Below, piece after piece: positions 1 to 11,898 of a stretch of DNA of 64,000 nucleotides; position 1 is the first letter of the stretch, and each line of letters opens with the position of its first letter. The notes below the pieces were generated by a model. The model ran no database searches. It was not told the origin of the DNA and saw only the letters and a list, made by a program, of their open reading frames with translations. This stretch comes from Albugo candida (taxonomy: Eukaryota): positions 806,001 through 870,000 of the forward strand of contig JBDOQK010000001.1 in NCBI GenBank assembly GCA_040437565.1, written 5' to 3'. Both the position numbers and the translations under genes were made by a program.

Positions 1-1428
1 CGGAATAGCGGCTACCAGTGGCGAATTATAGTGGGATTGACACTACTTGTGTTATCCTACATCCTCCGTGTCGCAATTATACGATTCACGCTTCAGTTAA
101 TGCGCAGAGCTGTTCCGAAAGGTGTCGTTTATATCAAAGAATTCGAACATAATTTGACACAGCCACTTTCGTGGGTTTTATTTGTTCTCCTTACTTGGTT
201 ATGCATCTACTTGATGAGATTGAGATTTCTGTTAAGAATTGACTCAAGTACACTTGTCAGTATCATTACTTTAGCGCTTAGCGTTCCTCTCATATGGACT
301 GTCATCAATCTCTGCAAATACGTTACTTGGGTCAGCTAAAAGCGTTTTCCTACACTTTTCCTACAGCTGATAATAGTCGCTTTTCTTCAGGTAGTTATTC
401 GAATACAAGGATGGAATCGATCAGCTTCTCTCCACAACGACGATTATAGTCGTATCATGGTACTGACCGAATGCATAACGGTAGGCAAATTGCGTATACA
501 TTCGATGTAAATATACTAATCCTCGCTTAGGTGATTCGACTCATTTTAGTCGCCGTCGTTGTCTCCTCCTGCATTCTCGACGAACTTGGCCAAATCACGC
601 ACTATAATACCGCAGAAGTTTCCACAGTTGCTGGTATCATGATAGAAGTGATCATGTTATTGGGCGGATACTCTTGGGTAATCACATTCTCTCCTCTTCG
701 AGACTGATCGGTAACCCTTCTCTTTACAGGCGTCAAATATAATCGGAGGATTGATCGTTTTGATCGATGAACCTCTTAAGAAAGGCTCTTGTGTGTCGTT
801 CCAAAAGTATCAGGGTGTAGTGGAAAGCTTACAATTACAATCATTCTCTGTGAGGCAATATGATAAGAGCTTGGTTTACGTGCCCAATGGAATTCTAATG
901 GATAATCTTGTCGAAATTCACACCGATTTTCTCGAACAACAATGTCGTCTCTTCGTTCATTGTCATCCCACCACTAATACTTCGGCTATGAGGCAACTTG
1001 TCCAAAGTATTGATTACGCTTTGCAACAACGAAAAGGAAGGAGATATAAGGAGCCTTCCAAAAAGTTATGGACGGCGTTGAAGCGTGGTCGTACGCTAGG
1101 GGAACTTCGTACAAGCTTGATGGTTAAGTGGGCAAGTGAGAAAGAAGAGGATCAAACTCCGCAGCATCGATTTTGGGTAACCATCGTCGACGCATATACG
1201 ATAGAGGTTGTATATTACATATTTCGCCATAATCAGAAAGCGTTTATGGCTGAAAAGACCGAGGTATTGCCTTTGAAATGGAAGGCATGCATTTTGATGA
1301 TTTATCTACTCCATCAGGTTCTCTTGGAGATCACGACAATTATTCAACAGCTTGGTGTTCGTCTCGATGACGATGCATATTGCTCAAGGTCGCATGAAAA
1401 ACGACTAGCATCGAAAGCTGAAGATTAA
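1..1428 (+). CDS. MscS-family mechanosensitive channel, 5'-partial, multi-exon
   Basis: TM-rich N-terminal exons are followed by an MscS core (GGLIVLIDEPLKKGSCVSFQKYQGVVESLQLQSFSVRQYDKSLVYVPNGIL). GT-AG introns lie at about 331-390, 481-530, 678-729 and 1264-1317, and the stop TAA is at 1426-1428. Confidence 0.85.
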
Positions 1429-1453
1429 TCTCCTCGTGGCATGTTGAACGATA

Positions 1454-2665
1454 TCATTTGAGCTCTTTAACCAAAATGCCGAATGTTTGCAATTGGTGGA
1501 TCAGGCAAAAGTTGATCTGTCGTGTGGTCAGAATCAACGCTCACTAGATGCAAATAGAATGTTTACCTGGGTTTTAGCGGCTTCATAGGATCCAAAATTC
1601 CCATGTCGAAGTGTAACTTCAATCATAACTGTATCAAGCGAGCGCAAACGAATGGAAATCCGATCCAGATTTTTTTCTTCGGTGTCCTCCATCTCCTCAG
1701 AGCGACTTGATCGTTCTTCATTTTCGGCAATGAGCAAGCCCAACTGTGATCGTAAAGCATCCATGAATTCATTCAAGACTCCATTCGACAGCCTACTCGA
1801 AACTCGCAAAATCTTCGTACACGTAATTGTATCTGTTGTTCGCGTTTGGCTGGTTTGAGTGAAATTGGCAAAAATCCCATTTGGAACATAAATGTGTGAC
1901 CCATCACGACAACGTATTGTCGTGCGATTGAGAGAGATCTTTTCCACGATCCCGCAGATGTTCTGAGAGTGACATAAGCTTCCGATTCGAAGCGGTTCTG
2001 CGAATATAATAAACAATCCGGACGCCACATTTTTCAGCTACACAGCGTCTATCAACGTTCATGCATCATGTAAGCTGTCGATATCGCATACCACTGAAAA
2101 TCCACTGAAAAACGCAACGAGAATGAGAAGCAGAATCGCTTCGACTAGTAAAAATTCAGCCATTTCGACCGATAAGAAAAATATATAAAAAACTTCCACA
2201 GCGACGGCGATGCCACATAGAAACGTAATGGTTTGAGTGATTATAAAAATTATGTTTTCGTTGCGATCTCTGTCTTGATCCCATTCAAAATAGCGCACCA
2301 GCACCTGGAACACAGCCGTCAGCGGGCCGATCGATAAAAAAAGTCATTTTTACATTTGTGATGACTTTGCGGGCAGAAAATGTGACTAATACTATTGGTA
2401 TCGCCACTATGTACACAATTATCTTCAAAACAATAGATTTTACGCCAAGGTTGAGTACAAATCGAGCATTGCAATAGAATGAAACAGTCACAAAAAGCCA
2501 TGCGAGATGCGTCGCCATGTGCTTTCTGACGTCTGCAATCCATGGAAATCGCTTGCCGAGGCGGTTATCAAGTGTCCGCAATAATAGGATTAACAGTGGA
2601 TGACCCACTACATACGAAAGAACGGCACAAACAGCGCTGACAACTACACGCCATAAGTATCTCAT
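1454..2665 (-). CDS. MscS-family mechanosensitive channel, paralogue 2, multi-exon
   Basis: ATG at 2665 (MRYLWRVVVS...), then TM helices and an MscS core (SGLFIIFAEPLRIGS...GIVEKISLNRTTIRCRDGSHIYVPNGIF). A final small exon INFCLIHQLQTFGILVKELK* ends at 1454. Confidence 0.85.
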
Positions 2666-2781
2666 TTGGAGCTCTGCATATCGGCATTATGATTGGTTTT
2701 AATCCTTTTATGGTAGGGACGTCATTGGCTAAAAGATACGGTTCAACGAGTTGTGAAATACGGTACATTGCTGTTGTTTGA

Positions 2782-4380
2782 ATGTTCAGAATAAATTTGT
2801 CGAAGGTTCTAATGACCGTACTGGCAGTTGCGACGCTCGGAGCGATAGTTTGGATCTCATCGATTACATTCAATCGATTCAGACAAAATTACGACCAGAC
2901 ATCTGATTATGCACAACTTGATCCTCCGCTCCTAATCCATTTGGCCTTGTATGATGACACACGAATATCTTCAGACTTGACTGGAAACGGAATGACGGTC
3001 TCGTGGGTGACAAAACAAAGTCTCATGAGCCCATCCGTAGTCCAATTTGGGCTAGAGCTGTCTCGATTGTCTGAGAAAATAGTATCGAGTCAAAAATGCG
3101 AACGATATTCATTCTGTGACTATCGCTCTCCTTGTTTTCATCACGTTACCATTCCAGCCAGAAGCTTGTCACCAGGAACAATGTACTATTGTATGCTTAC
3201 ATACCCTCCGATATCGTGGTACTCGTGAATAATCTGTATACATCAATATTTTAGATCGATGCGGGAACGAAGCTTCCGGGTGGAGTGAGGTGAGAACTTT
3301 TACTATACCAATGGCTATTGGGAACACAAAATCGGCGGTGTTCGCTCTGATCGGTGATCTCGGGTACAAAATATCATTAGAAATATCTCACGCGGCCACT
3401 GATTCGTCAAAATTTGCAGCCAAACCGAGTTTTCTCAGCGAACGCTCCAGTACATTGCAAGTCGTAAAAAGGAGCTCACAGCCATATTTCATGCAGGTAC
3501 ATTTTAGTCCGTTCTGTTCTCATGTTCTTATCACGGTTGAGTAGGAGACCTTTCGTACGCAGATAGCGATCAACCTCGATGGGATTCTTGGGCCAAGCTG
3601 ATTGAACCAATTGCGTCCGAAATTCCATGGTATCAAACCGCGCGATAATCATCACGCAATTGAACCACCAGTCTGCTCTATTGTAGGATGGTTGCTTCTG
3701 GAAACCACGAGAAAGAAACGCCGTGCAAGTCGAAGACCGACCCATTTATTTCATATCAAAATCGCTTTCGAATGCCTTACATCAATGAGCCAAATTCGTT
3801 GCAAGAGCGGAATCTATACTACGGGATTCGTGTTGGTATGACCCATTTCATAATCTTATCTCCCTATATCGATACAACAAAAAACTCATCCCAATATCGT
3901 TGGCTCGAGGAAGAGCTTCGTCGAGTCAATCGGGCTCTTACGCCTTGGATTTGCGTTTTGATGCACGGTCCTTGGTACAACAGTAATACGGCACATCAAA
4001 ATCGGAATGAACCTCATTTCGAAATGAAAAGGAACATGGAATCATTGCTCTATCATAACAGAGTCGATCTTATCATCAGCGGTCATGTCCACGCTTACGA
4101 GCGATCGCTCCCCGTCTGGAACGAGCAAGTCCAGTTGGATGGAATCGTGTATGTTGTGGTTGGAGATGGTGGAAATCGTGAAGGTTTAGCCTCTTCGTTC
4201 TTACAGCCAGCTCCAAAATGGTCCGCTTTTCGTAAAGCGCTCTATGGTTATATTTTATGGAATGTGACCAATCAAACACACGCTGCGCTAGAATGGTACG
4301 CGCACAATGGGGAAGGAGCTCAATTAGAGGACGTGTTTTGGATTCAAAGCACAAAATTTAGAGTCACACAGAATGCGTAG
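2782..4380 (+). CDS. Purple acid phosphatase (signal/anchor, FN3-like domain, metallophosphoesterase)
   Basis: All five PAP metal-ligand motifs are present across spliced exons: GDLG, GDLSY, GNHE, VLMH and GHVHAYER. The N-terminus is hydrophobic and followed by an FN3-like MTVSWVT...HHVTI segment. Four short introns. Confidence 0.93.
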
Positions 4381-4495
4381 CTTGTAGGAATAAGAAATAC
4401 AAAGGATTGCACGCTACCAATGTGATAGGTCCCTTTGCGCCTACAACAATTTCACTCTTTGATCACTGGTTATTACCGTACCTCGCAAAAACGAG

Positions 4496-6314
4496 ATGAA
4501 ATGGGTCATTCCGTCGCCCGATGCGGTCACTTTGGGTGAGATAGATGGCGAATTGGTGCACTCATACCCGTACAAACGGACGCAGAAATTTCCAAGCAAC
4601 CTACCAGTGATTCCACATACGAAAATATCTTCCAACGCTGCAATTCACCCGCATAAACGAAATAGTTCAGCTTCTCAATATTCTCAAGCAAGTACCTTAG
4701 ACGATAAAGCAAGTTGTCTCACAGAGACCCTTGGAGCTTTACAGTGGTTAAGAATATTACTGTGGGAAGATAAAGACGTTTGTATCTTGAAGCTAACTAA
4801 TTTATATGATCGCTGTATCGCCAATCTATCCAATTTCATTACAGCCATTTCGAAACAATTTCAAGAACAAAAGGAAGAAACTCTGAAATCAAAAGCGAAT
4901 AAATTCGCTTTCGTGCAAACGGATGAAACAATTCAATCAATTCATTTTCATTCTCATAATTCATGTTTAGCCGTTGCCCAATGCGATGGCGTTGTATCCT
5001 TTTACGACGTGCTATCAGGCGCTTGGGATAAACGAGTGCTCACCCACGAAAACCACACCATTTTTGGCATTGCATGGTGTCTTGTGCCTGATGGGACGCT
5101 TGCAGTAGCGAGCAGGTACGCCTCAATACTCACACTAATTCAACAGCCTTCTCATTTTTCTGAGTAGCGGAGGGATTTATCTCTGGAAAGTCTCATCGAT
5201 TCGATCACAAGAGTGTAAGTCCAATGATTGAAATATTATTAGAGAAAACTCAAGTTGATTGTAGTGCCTCAATTGCTGACGATCCTCTCGCATCCAATTG
5301 AGTCCAAGTACGATAATCTGAGTTGGGACGCCGATGGAAGGTACTCAAACTTTCCATACGCCTGCGATGAGTAACGTATCTTTCTGTAGTATGCTTGCAG
5401 CGGTCGTGAAAGGCTCCAGACAAATTCATATCTTTGATGTTATCACATTACGACGGACGGAATTGCATTGCTCAGAGTGTCCAACCACCGTTTGTTGGTC
5501 TCCTCGTGGAGATTTTTTACTTTGCACTACGAGGTACACGATTGAATTATCACGCAGATGGTTTCTCACGAGGAAATTAGTAAACGTGTTTTGTTGTGGG
5601 AAACTCATTCGTGGACTCAAGAAATTTGGGATATTGAGGGAACTGTTCGTATTTGTTTGTCGTGAGTACCAAACGGATTCTAAGTTCTGAGTCAGTGCGC
5701 ACTTTGGACGTCAAATGGCGAATCACTTCTGATTGCCGATCGAAATCAATTCATATATCGCTATGCGTTCCATGGGGCTGCTCCGACTTTCGGTATTGTG
5801 AGTTGTTTTATGTCGACTCTCGCTGATCCATTCATAGACGCAGAGATGGTGGCGCCTCCATTTGATTTCTCGGAGCAGATTGTGAGGAGCACGGGACCGG
5901 TGTCACAGTAGGTTATCTAAATATGCCGCGGATCAGTTTTAAGATACAATTTGAAGGAAAATTGGTGGAGAGATAATAAAAATGGCCTGGGATCCAACTG
6001 GTCAGCGGATAGCGGTGGTATACGGTGCCACAAAATCTGGAAGTCAGGATCGAAGTGAGCTTGTTGCTATTTTTCAAGTTGGCTCGAAGCCCTTTATTAC
6101 GTTTACTGAAAGGTTTGTTTATTTACAAGCCATATAAAGTATGTGTTGTATTATTGATTTGCCAAATTCGGGCTGTAGCGGACTTATTCGAGGACCTTTA
6201 GGGAGCGGTGTGCCTTCAGATGTTGGATTTGCCGCTGATTATGAGCATGGAGCGCTTCTGAGCGTGGCATGGAGCAGTGGAATCATCACGTTTTATCCAT
6301 TTTTATTTTCATGA
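4496..6314 (+). CDS. AAAS: Aladin-like WD40 nucleoporin, multi-exon
   Basis: N-terminal VIPSPDAVTLGEIDGEL, WD40 repeats (WSPRGDFLLC, MAWDPTGQRIAV) and C-terminal GALLSVAWSSGIITFYPFLFS* resemble Aladin. Exon boundaries are approximate. Confidence 0.75.
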
Positions 6315-6420
6315 AATAAAAAATTTAGCTGTCTTTTGGAAAATGTGAAGAATATTCAGAGAATAAACTCCAATTTCTACTGCGGGATTTGAAGCTTCAA
6401 AGCACAATTTGACACTCACA

Positions 6421-7017
6421 ATGCACATCCCACTTATTCTCATTTCGAATGTTGTTGTCAAAGCGCTCGCTGGTGTCTGCAACTCGACGCATTTTGCACC
6501 ACTGCAAGCAAGTTCAGGCAGCCTCAGCCAATGTGTCACCGGGAATAGCACCTCGACTCAAATATTGACGATTGCGACATGGGATGCTCCTCAGAAAAAA
6601 GCTTTTTGCAACCGTACCGCCTGTCAGCAGATGCTCATGCAATTGCGTGGTCATTACTTACCTCATTGCAGCCTCTCAGTTCGCGGCGATACAGACCTCA
6701 ATTCCACCATGACCCAATTCGCATCGACTTGTGGGCCTCTCGCATATACTTCAGTGATTACAACTCGAAACTCATCAATTTCTGTCAATGAAGGCAATGA
6801 GACCTCAGCATCGAGTAATTCTGAAGCAAGTGCAGCAAATGATGATGTTGGAGATAAATTATCATTCAATAATGAAGACATGCCTGATTCTCCATCCAAA
6901 AAGCCCAAGAAGACAAAAGATGCTTCTTCGGAAACCTCTTCCTCGGAAAGCTATCGCGTTTCTTTATTTCTAAGTGGCTTTATTTTCATCGTTTGTCAGC
7001 TATTTGTATCTGTGTAA
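6421..7017 (+). CDS. Elicitin-like (ELL) secreted, probably GPI-anchored protein
   Basis: Signal-like N-terminus from ATG 6421, six Cys in elicitin spacing (including FCNRTAC...LPHC), a Ser/Thr/acidic stalk and a hydrophobic C-terminal tail. Confidence 0.8.
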   Translation: MHIPLILISNVVVKALAGVCNSTHFAPLQASSGSLSQCVTGNSTSTQILTIATWDAPQKKAFCNRTACQQMLMQLRGHYLPHCSLSVRGDTDLNSTMTQFASTCGPLAYTSVITTRNSSISVNEGNETSASSNSEASAANDDVGDKLSFNNEDMPDSPSKKPKKTKDASSETSSSESYRVSLFLSGFIFIVCQLFVSV

Positions 7018-7231
7018 TGGGCAATCAATTTCCTGCTTCTATCATTTTTTCCCAATACGCTCACTATTAACTGCTTGAAAACTTGATACAAATGACAAAA
7101 GTATTGAAATTCGCTTGTATTGACTGCTCCCTTATCAATATGTTACCGACAGTATCCCATGAGGCTCTAATTTATGAATCTCAGCAAGTGCTCACGAGGT
7201 CTATTCCCCAGTTGATACACTTCAAAACGTC

Positions 7232-10200
7232 TCAATAGGACTCAAAATTCGACCTTGCCGGCTCGTTTGTCTGCTGCATCCATATCCGTACAACATCGCT
7301 CAGCGATTTGTGTTTGTTTGACGGTGAGCGCTCAGACTGAAGTGTAGCTATCGCGACGTAAAACTGATCAAAATTCATCGCCATACCATTTGTTGAGTTC
7401 TGTGTCACGTAAGAAAAAACGCGTCTTGCAGTCTTTGCCAGTGCCTCGGGCGTTTTGTCGACGGGATCATAATGTAAGGCATCAATTTCACATACAAAAT
7501 TGCAAAAGGCTTCTTCGGTCAATCCGATTCGATCAGTTTGTATTGTGAAGGTCGCAGATGAGCTACCCGAATAATATTCAAACAACGGCCACAAAACCAT
7601 CTCAGCCTGAAGACCAACAATGCAGACCCGATGAGCATCCTGAATATCGCTTTCACCTAGAAAGCCTAGATTCATGAAAAAGTTGAGGATGATTTCTCGT
7701 GATGTGAGAATGACTGACGACTGTGGGCCTTTACCATGCAGTTTTACGCCACAAGCACCCAACAAAACCATAAAAGTATACTCGCTAAGCGGAACATCAC
7801 AGTCTCCACATACATTGCGAAATACTTGGTGAATAAACTCGAGTGATATATGATCTGGAAATAGCTTCAAATCCATCATCACCTTACACGCAGTGTCGAG
7901 AGACATACCGTAAGACTTATTGTCCAATTTCGCATAAGCGAACCATAGCTTCATCAAAGGACGTCGAAATGCAAGCCAGAGATCGTGGATTTGGGGCTGA
8001 TTTTTCCAGTCAGCATACGCTTGCGTATCGCACTGCGAAGGAGAACTGCTACAGCTCATATCAGATTTCATATTTTCGTCAGGCTGCAAATTGGCTTGCG
8101 AGTCGACATCCGGGTCTCTGGTCGTGAGGTCGTCGTTCTCAACCAGTGATGATCTGAGATTCGTTTCCTGTGATTCGTAAGATGAAGTTGGAGGATGGCG
8201 TTTGAGTGGTGATTCCTCCATGAATGTACGCTCCACGACCTCCGTTTCATGCTCCAACAGCGTCAGAAATTTCTCTTGATTTTGGAGTATTCCATCACTC
8301 AACCCATTCACCCATGAAGCTCTTGATGATAAAAACGTATTTTTTGTCCCGTTCGTACGCTCTCGAAAGCGTATACGAGTCATAGACGAGGTCGCAAGCA
8401 TCAATATGCTCGCCCAAAATTCAGTGATATTGGATTCTCTCGCGGGATCGGAAGCGAAAATCTCATTAACGAGCCCATTGAGAGCAACAAGATACTCAGT
8501 AAGGCTGATGTCGTTCGCGTTGGATGGAAGCCACGCTGTCAGTTTTTCTTGAAGCATTTCTGGAGATAAGGCTTTCAGTTTCACCAAAGAAGAAACCTGT
8601 AAGGTGGAAAGCATCGTCGCAAAGGAAATTCGGCACAGAGTTCCATCGGACGGAGAGGTGGAGATTTTTGCGTGCTGGAGAAATTGACGCAAATTATCAA
8701 TGCAAATGTCCTTGCTCAGAGAAACGAATGAATTTGGGAGAACGATATTATTCCACTCCAAAAGCTTCTCCAAACGGCTTTGAGCATTTGTATATCGTTC
8801 ATCCAGCCGTAGGAGTTCTTCCTCCAAGTCCAAAATACGCACTTCATCCCGGAGCACTTTTTTTGAAAGAGCTTCAATTGTGATTTTCTTATCGTTGCAA
8901 GAAAGTTGAGATCGCTCCAACTCTGTTCGTAATACGCGACTGCAGTCCTCCAGCGCTGTACATCGTTGTTCTCGTTCGGTAACGCTTTCTCGAGTCAGAT
9001 CCAGCTCGAGTTGAAGAGCTTTGACGGATTTACGGCTGGAAGTGTACGTTTGCCAAGCGCGAAGAAAGTGACGGAGAAATTGGTTCTCGGCTTTCTTGAG
9101 AACGCAAATAGTCAAAAATACGTTCTTCACGAGTCGAAGTTGATCGGCTTGTTTACTATTTTGTGCTTGAAGCTGAAAATCTTTCTGAAGCATCCCGTCC
9201 AATTGGGCCTCCAGCTTGCTTTTAGCTCGAGTGAGCAAGAAGACGCATTCTTTTGCATCGGTCAACTCGGTTCTGTGTGTGTCACATTCGGTCTTACTGT
9301 ATTCGAGTCTGATGGAAAGGGAGTTCTCCCGTAGGCGGTAAAAGGCTTTGTGCAGTTTTAGACTTTGCTGTCGGTGCCCAATTTTTGTCAATGTGGCATC
9401 TGCATCAGTGAGTTGACTCAGCTGAAGCTGACGCTGAGAAATATGGTCCTTAAAACGTCCAAATGCTCGTCTTTCTTGACGATATTTCCATCGAGTCAGA
9501 GTCATTGATAGCTGAGTGCATCCATTTTGCATTGATGAAGCCTGACTACCTCGTCTGGCTTCTCGAATTTGGTGATGCCATACGTTCTCTCTTTTTTCCC
9601 AATCGATTGAAATGGCTTGGATCTGAAGCTTCCGGAAGAAGCGAGCCATTGATCGGAGATAAAAAATGCGATATCTTTGAGCCAATTTATCAATACTTTG
9701 TCGTTTTACAATACGTGTGGCTCGTGAAATCATTCTCCAAGCTGTAAATGCACTACAACGTGTTTGCCTTTGCCGATTCCGTAACAACACTGAGTCGAAT
9801 TCCTCCTCTATTTTATTTCTCCAGCTTTTTTTACCGTTCCTGCTTAATTCTACGTTATTCTTGCCTGAATAGATCACAGCTTGCATCCCAGTGGTTTCCA
9901 AAGAATTATGCTGCTCGAGATGCATCTTGAAATTCGCTTCTGAACCTCCACCGGGCTCCGGGGTTCCGACTAAAAGGATCCTATCGTTGCTAAATTGATC
10001 ATGACGCAAAAGTGAGATTTCTAGACGTAATGAGGTCAGCAAAGTATCGAGTTGCCCGTCATCTGCGACCTCTAACGACTCAATTTGGGTCAGAAGATCG
10101 TCAAGCTTATAGGATCTCGACGATATCGTAGAAAGCGACCGGGCAAGCGATTCTTCTGCTTTCTTATATCGCACCCATATTTCTTCGCGTTTCTGATCGT

Positions 10201-10669
10201 CCAAAATGCTCTTATAGGTATTTGAAACATCGATATAGTCGGAAATACCACTTCTTTGAGAATCTTTCAAGTGTGAAAACTCGGAATCCGACTGAGAAGA
10301 ATTGGACATCTCGAGTTGAATAGGCTCCATAGCGACAAATGAAGAAGATCTGGCACTGCTCTGGGACTTGGTATCGATCTCATTGTCGCTTGAATCGCTT
10401 CCCATCTCGTCTTCATCCCCTTGCTCACTGTCAATGTCAAAACTATTCAAATGCATCGAATGACTGAATGGACGGACTTCGACTGGAGAAAGTGATCGGA
10501 TGATCATACTGCTAAATCGAGTGAGTGGGCTCGGAGGCCGTATTTGCTCCTGCAATTGCTCGATGTATTTTCCCGAAGATTCATATCGTCGCAAATGACT
10601 CAATTGCGGTCTACTCGATCGTTTATCAGGGCTTGCATTTGGTGTGGACAGAAAAGTATGCGAAAGCAT
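7232..10669 (-). CDS. Large coiled-coil protein (about 1145 aa) with Sfi1-like motifs and degenerate EF-hand-like C-terminus
   Basis: Long uninterrupted ORF; the first ATG is 10669 (the track start is TTG). It has a Ser-rich N-terminus, heptad-rich middle, repeated F/L-x-x-W-R/K-like motifs and C-terminal helical pairs. Function is inferred only. Confidence 0.7.
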   Translation of the reverse strand: MLSHTFLSTPNASPDKRSSRPQLSHLRRYESSGKYIEQLQEQIRPPSPLTRFSSMIIRSLSPVEVRPFSHSMHLNSFDIDSEQGDEDEMGSDSSDNEIDTKSQSSARSSSFVAMEPIQLEMSNSSQSDSEFSHLKDSQRSGISDYIDVSNTYKSILDDQKREEIWVRYKKAEESLARSLSTISSRSYKLDDLLTQIESLEVADDGQLDTLLTSLRLEISLLRHDQFSNDRILLVGTPEPGGGSEANFKMHLEQHNSLETTGMQAVIYSGKNNVELSRNGKKSWRNKIEEEFDSVLLRNRQRQTRCSAFTAWRMISRATRIVKRQSIDKLAQRYRIFYLRSMARFFRKLQIQAISIDWEKRENVWHHQIREARRGSQASSMQNGCTQLSMTLTRWKYRQERRAFGRFKDHISQRQLQLSQLTDADATLTKIGHRQQSLKLHKAFYRLRENSLSIRLEYSKTECDTHRTELTDAKECVFLLTRAKSKLEAQLDGMLQKDFQLQAQNSKQADQLRLVKNVFLTICVLKKAENQFLRHFLRAWQTYTSSRKSVKALQLELDLTRESVTEREQRCTALEDCSRVLRTELERSQLSCNDKKITIEALSKKVLRDEVRILDLEEELLRLDERYTNAQSRLEKLLEWNNIVLPNSFVSLSKDICIDNLRQFLQHAKISTSPSDGTLCRISFATMLSTLQVSSLVKLKALSPEMLQEKLTAWLPSNANDISLTEYLVALNGLVNEIFASDPARESNITEFWASILMLATSSMTRIRFRERTNGTKNTFLSSRASWVNGLSDGILQNQEKFLTLLEHETEVVERTFMEESPLKRHPPTSSYESQETNLRSSLVENDDLTTRDPDVDSQANLQPDENMKSDMSCSSSPSQCDTQAYADWKNQPQIHDLWLAFRRPLMKLWFAYAKLDNKSYGMSLDTACKVMMDLKLFPDHISLEFIHQVFRNVCGDCDVPLSEYTFMVLLGACGVKLHGKGPQSSVILTSREIILNFFMNLGFLGESDIQDAHRVCIVGLQAEMVLWPLFEYYSGSSSATFTIQTDRIGLTEEAFCNFVCEIDALHYDPVDKTPEALAKTARRVFSYVTQNSTNGMAMNFDQFYVAIATLQSERSPSNKHKSLSDVVRIWMQQTNEPARSNFESY

Positions 10670-10778
10670 TTGAGAGAATCGAAAGGCGCTACGAAAATCG
10701 CAAGTGGCAACCGTTACGGTTGAAAGAGTCAATATGTTTGTCTACAAAATATATCTTTAGATCGACTTCATAGAAACT

Positions 10779-11411
10779 TCAAATGAGCTTTTTATTCTTG
10801 AAGAATTTTCTCAAATACAGCATTTGACCAATTCCTAAACTTGAAAATATGAGAACAGATAGAAAGCCCATCCAAATCACTCGCGAATTTGTATTTTCAT
10901 TCTTTTCCCGCAAAAGGGCTTCACGGTCGCGAATGTACAGCATATCGGCGTGCACTTGATCCACCAAGTCCTCGAGCTGAGAGAACTTCTCGCCCAATGC
11001 ATCTAAATGCTCCTCCTCCGACTTCTTTGCGTAATCGACGGCTGCTCGTCCGTGCTGGAATTCCATGAACACGCGCGATTTGATGTTTTGCAATTCCTGA
11101 AAGCAAATGCGATACACGCCAGATTCATGCGCGTCGAAATTGATAACATGCATTCCGGTAGTTGTATCAATGTTGTAGTCGGTTCTGATTAATTTTGAGG
11201 AGGGATCTCGAAACACCATAGAGACACCTGTCTTGCCGCGTTTGGAGCCTTTTTGGTGAACATTATAGCGCACAACGACCAGATCTGTTTCACCAATTTG
11301 GTCGCTGAAACACCGCTTTTCACCCCCCTCTATATCAAATAGGAGCGCTTTGTTCGCACAAAATAAGCCGAGAAATAGGAGCGTTGCAAGAAGCGTATTT
11401 GGTGGCGTCAT
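10779..11411 (-). CDS. p24/emp24/gp25L (TMED10-like) cargo receptor
   Basis: Signal peptide, GOLD domain with two Cys, coiled coil (YIRDREALLREKNENTNSRV), a TM helix and the tail LRKFFKNKKLI. Confidence 0.93.
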   Translation of the reverse strand: MTPPNTLLATLLFLGLFCANKALLFDIEGGEKRCFSDQIGETDLVVVRYNVHQKGSKRGKTGVSMVFRDPSSKLIRTDYNIDTTTGMHVINFDAHESGVYRICFQELQNIKSRVFMEFQHGRAAVDYAKKSEEEHLDALGEKFSQLEDLVDQVHADMLYIRDREALLREKNENTNSRVIWMGFLSVLIFSSLGIGQMLYLRKFFKNKKLI

Positions 11412-11898
11412 AATCGAATAATGTGGACGAGCGATATCCACTAGCCGAATAGTATCAAATTAAACAGGTCGTTTGTTATCAATGGAAAAGACTTCAGTAC
11501 GTGCTCTGTCAGGTCGAATTACCACAAGCTGTCATTACTGGCTTATAGAAAGAATTTCAGGCAGAAAAATGTCGTCTACGAGAGCAAATTCATGAGGTAC
11601 AACTAAACATTCTCCAGGTGGTCGGTCAAAGATCATATTACGCTTTTGATAGGAATTACAGGATGCAATTACAAATGTTCACATCATTAATCAAAATCTT
11701 GCGCATCTAAACGAAGTGGTACATTTCCAATTATGACTCTAGTTGATGAATAATCGAGTTCTGATACAATAGGGTGATGATATCGCTTCAATCACGTCCA
11801 TTTGGGTCAAGTTTTTGAAAGACACCACGGATTGAAAATTGACTTGCAATTTGTATGCAATGTTCCATAATCTTCCGAGTTTGTGCAAAAATACTCTT

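Noticed and set aside
2568-2873. ORF suggesting the MscS gene overlaps the purple acid phosphatase start
   Set aside because: It begins at TTG in a different frame. The MscS-like frame starts at ATG 2665, leaving a 116-nt spacer.
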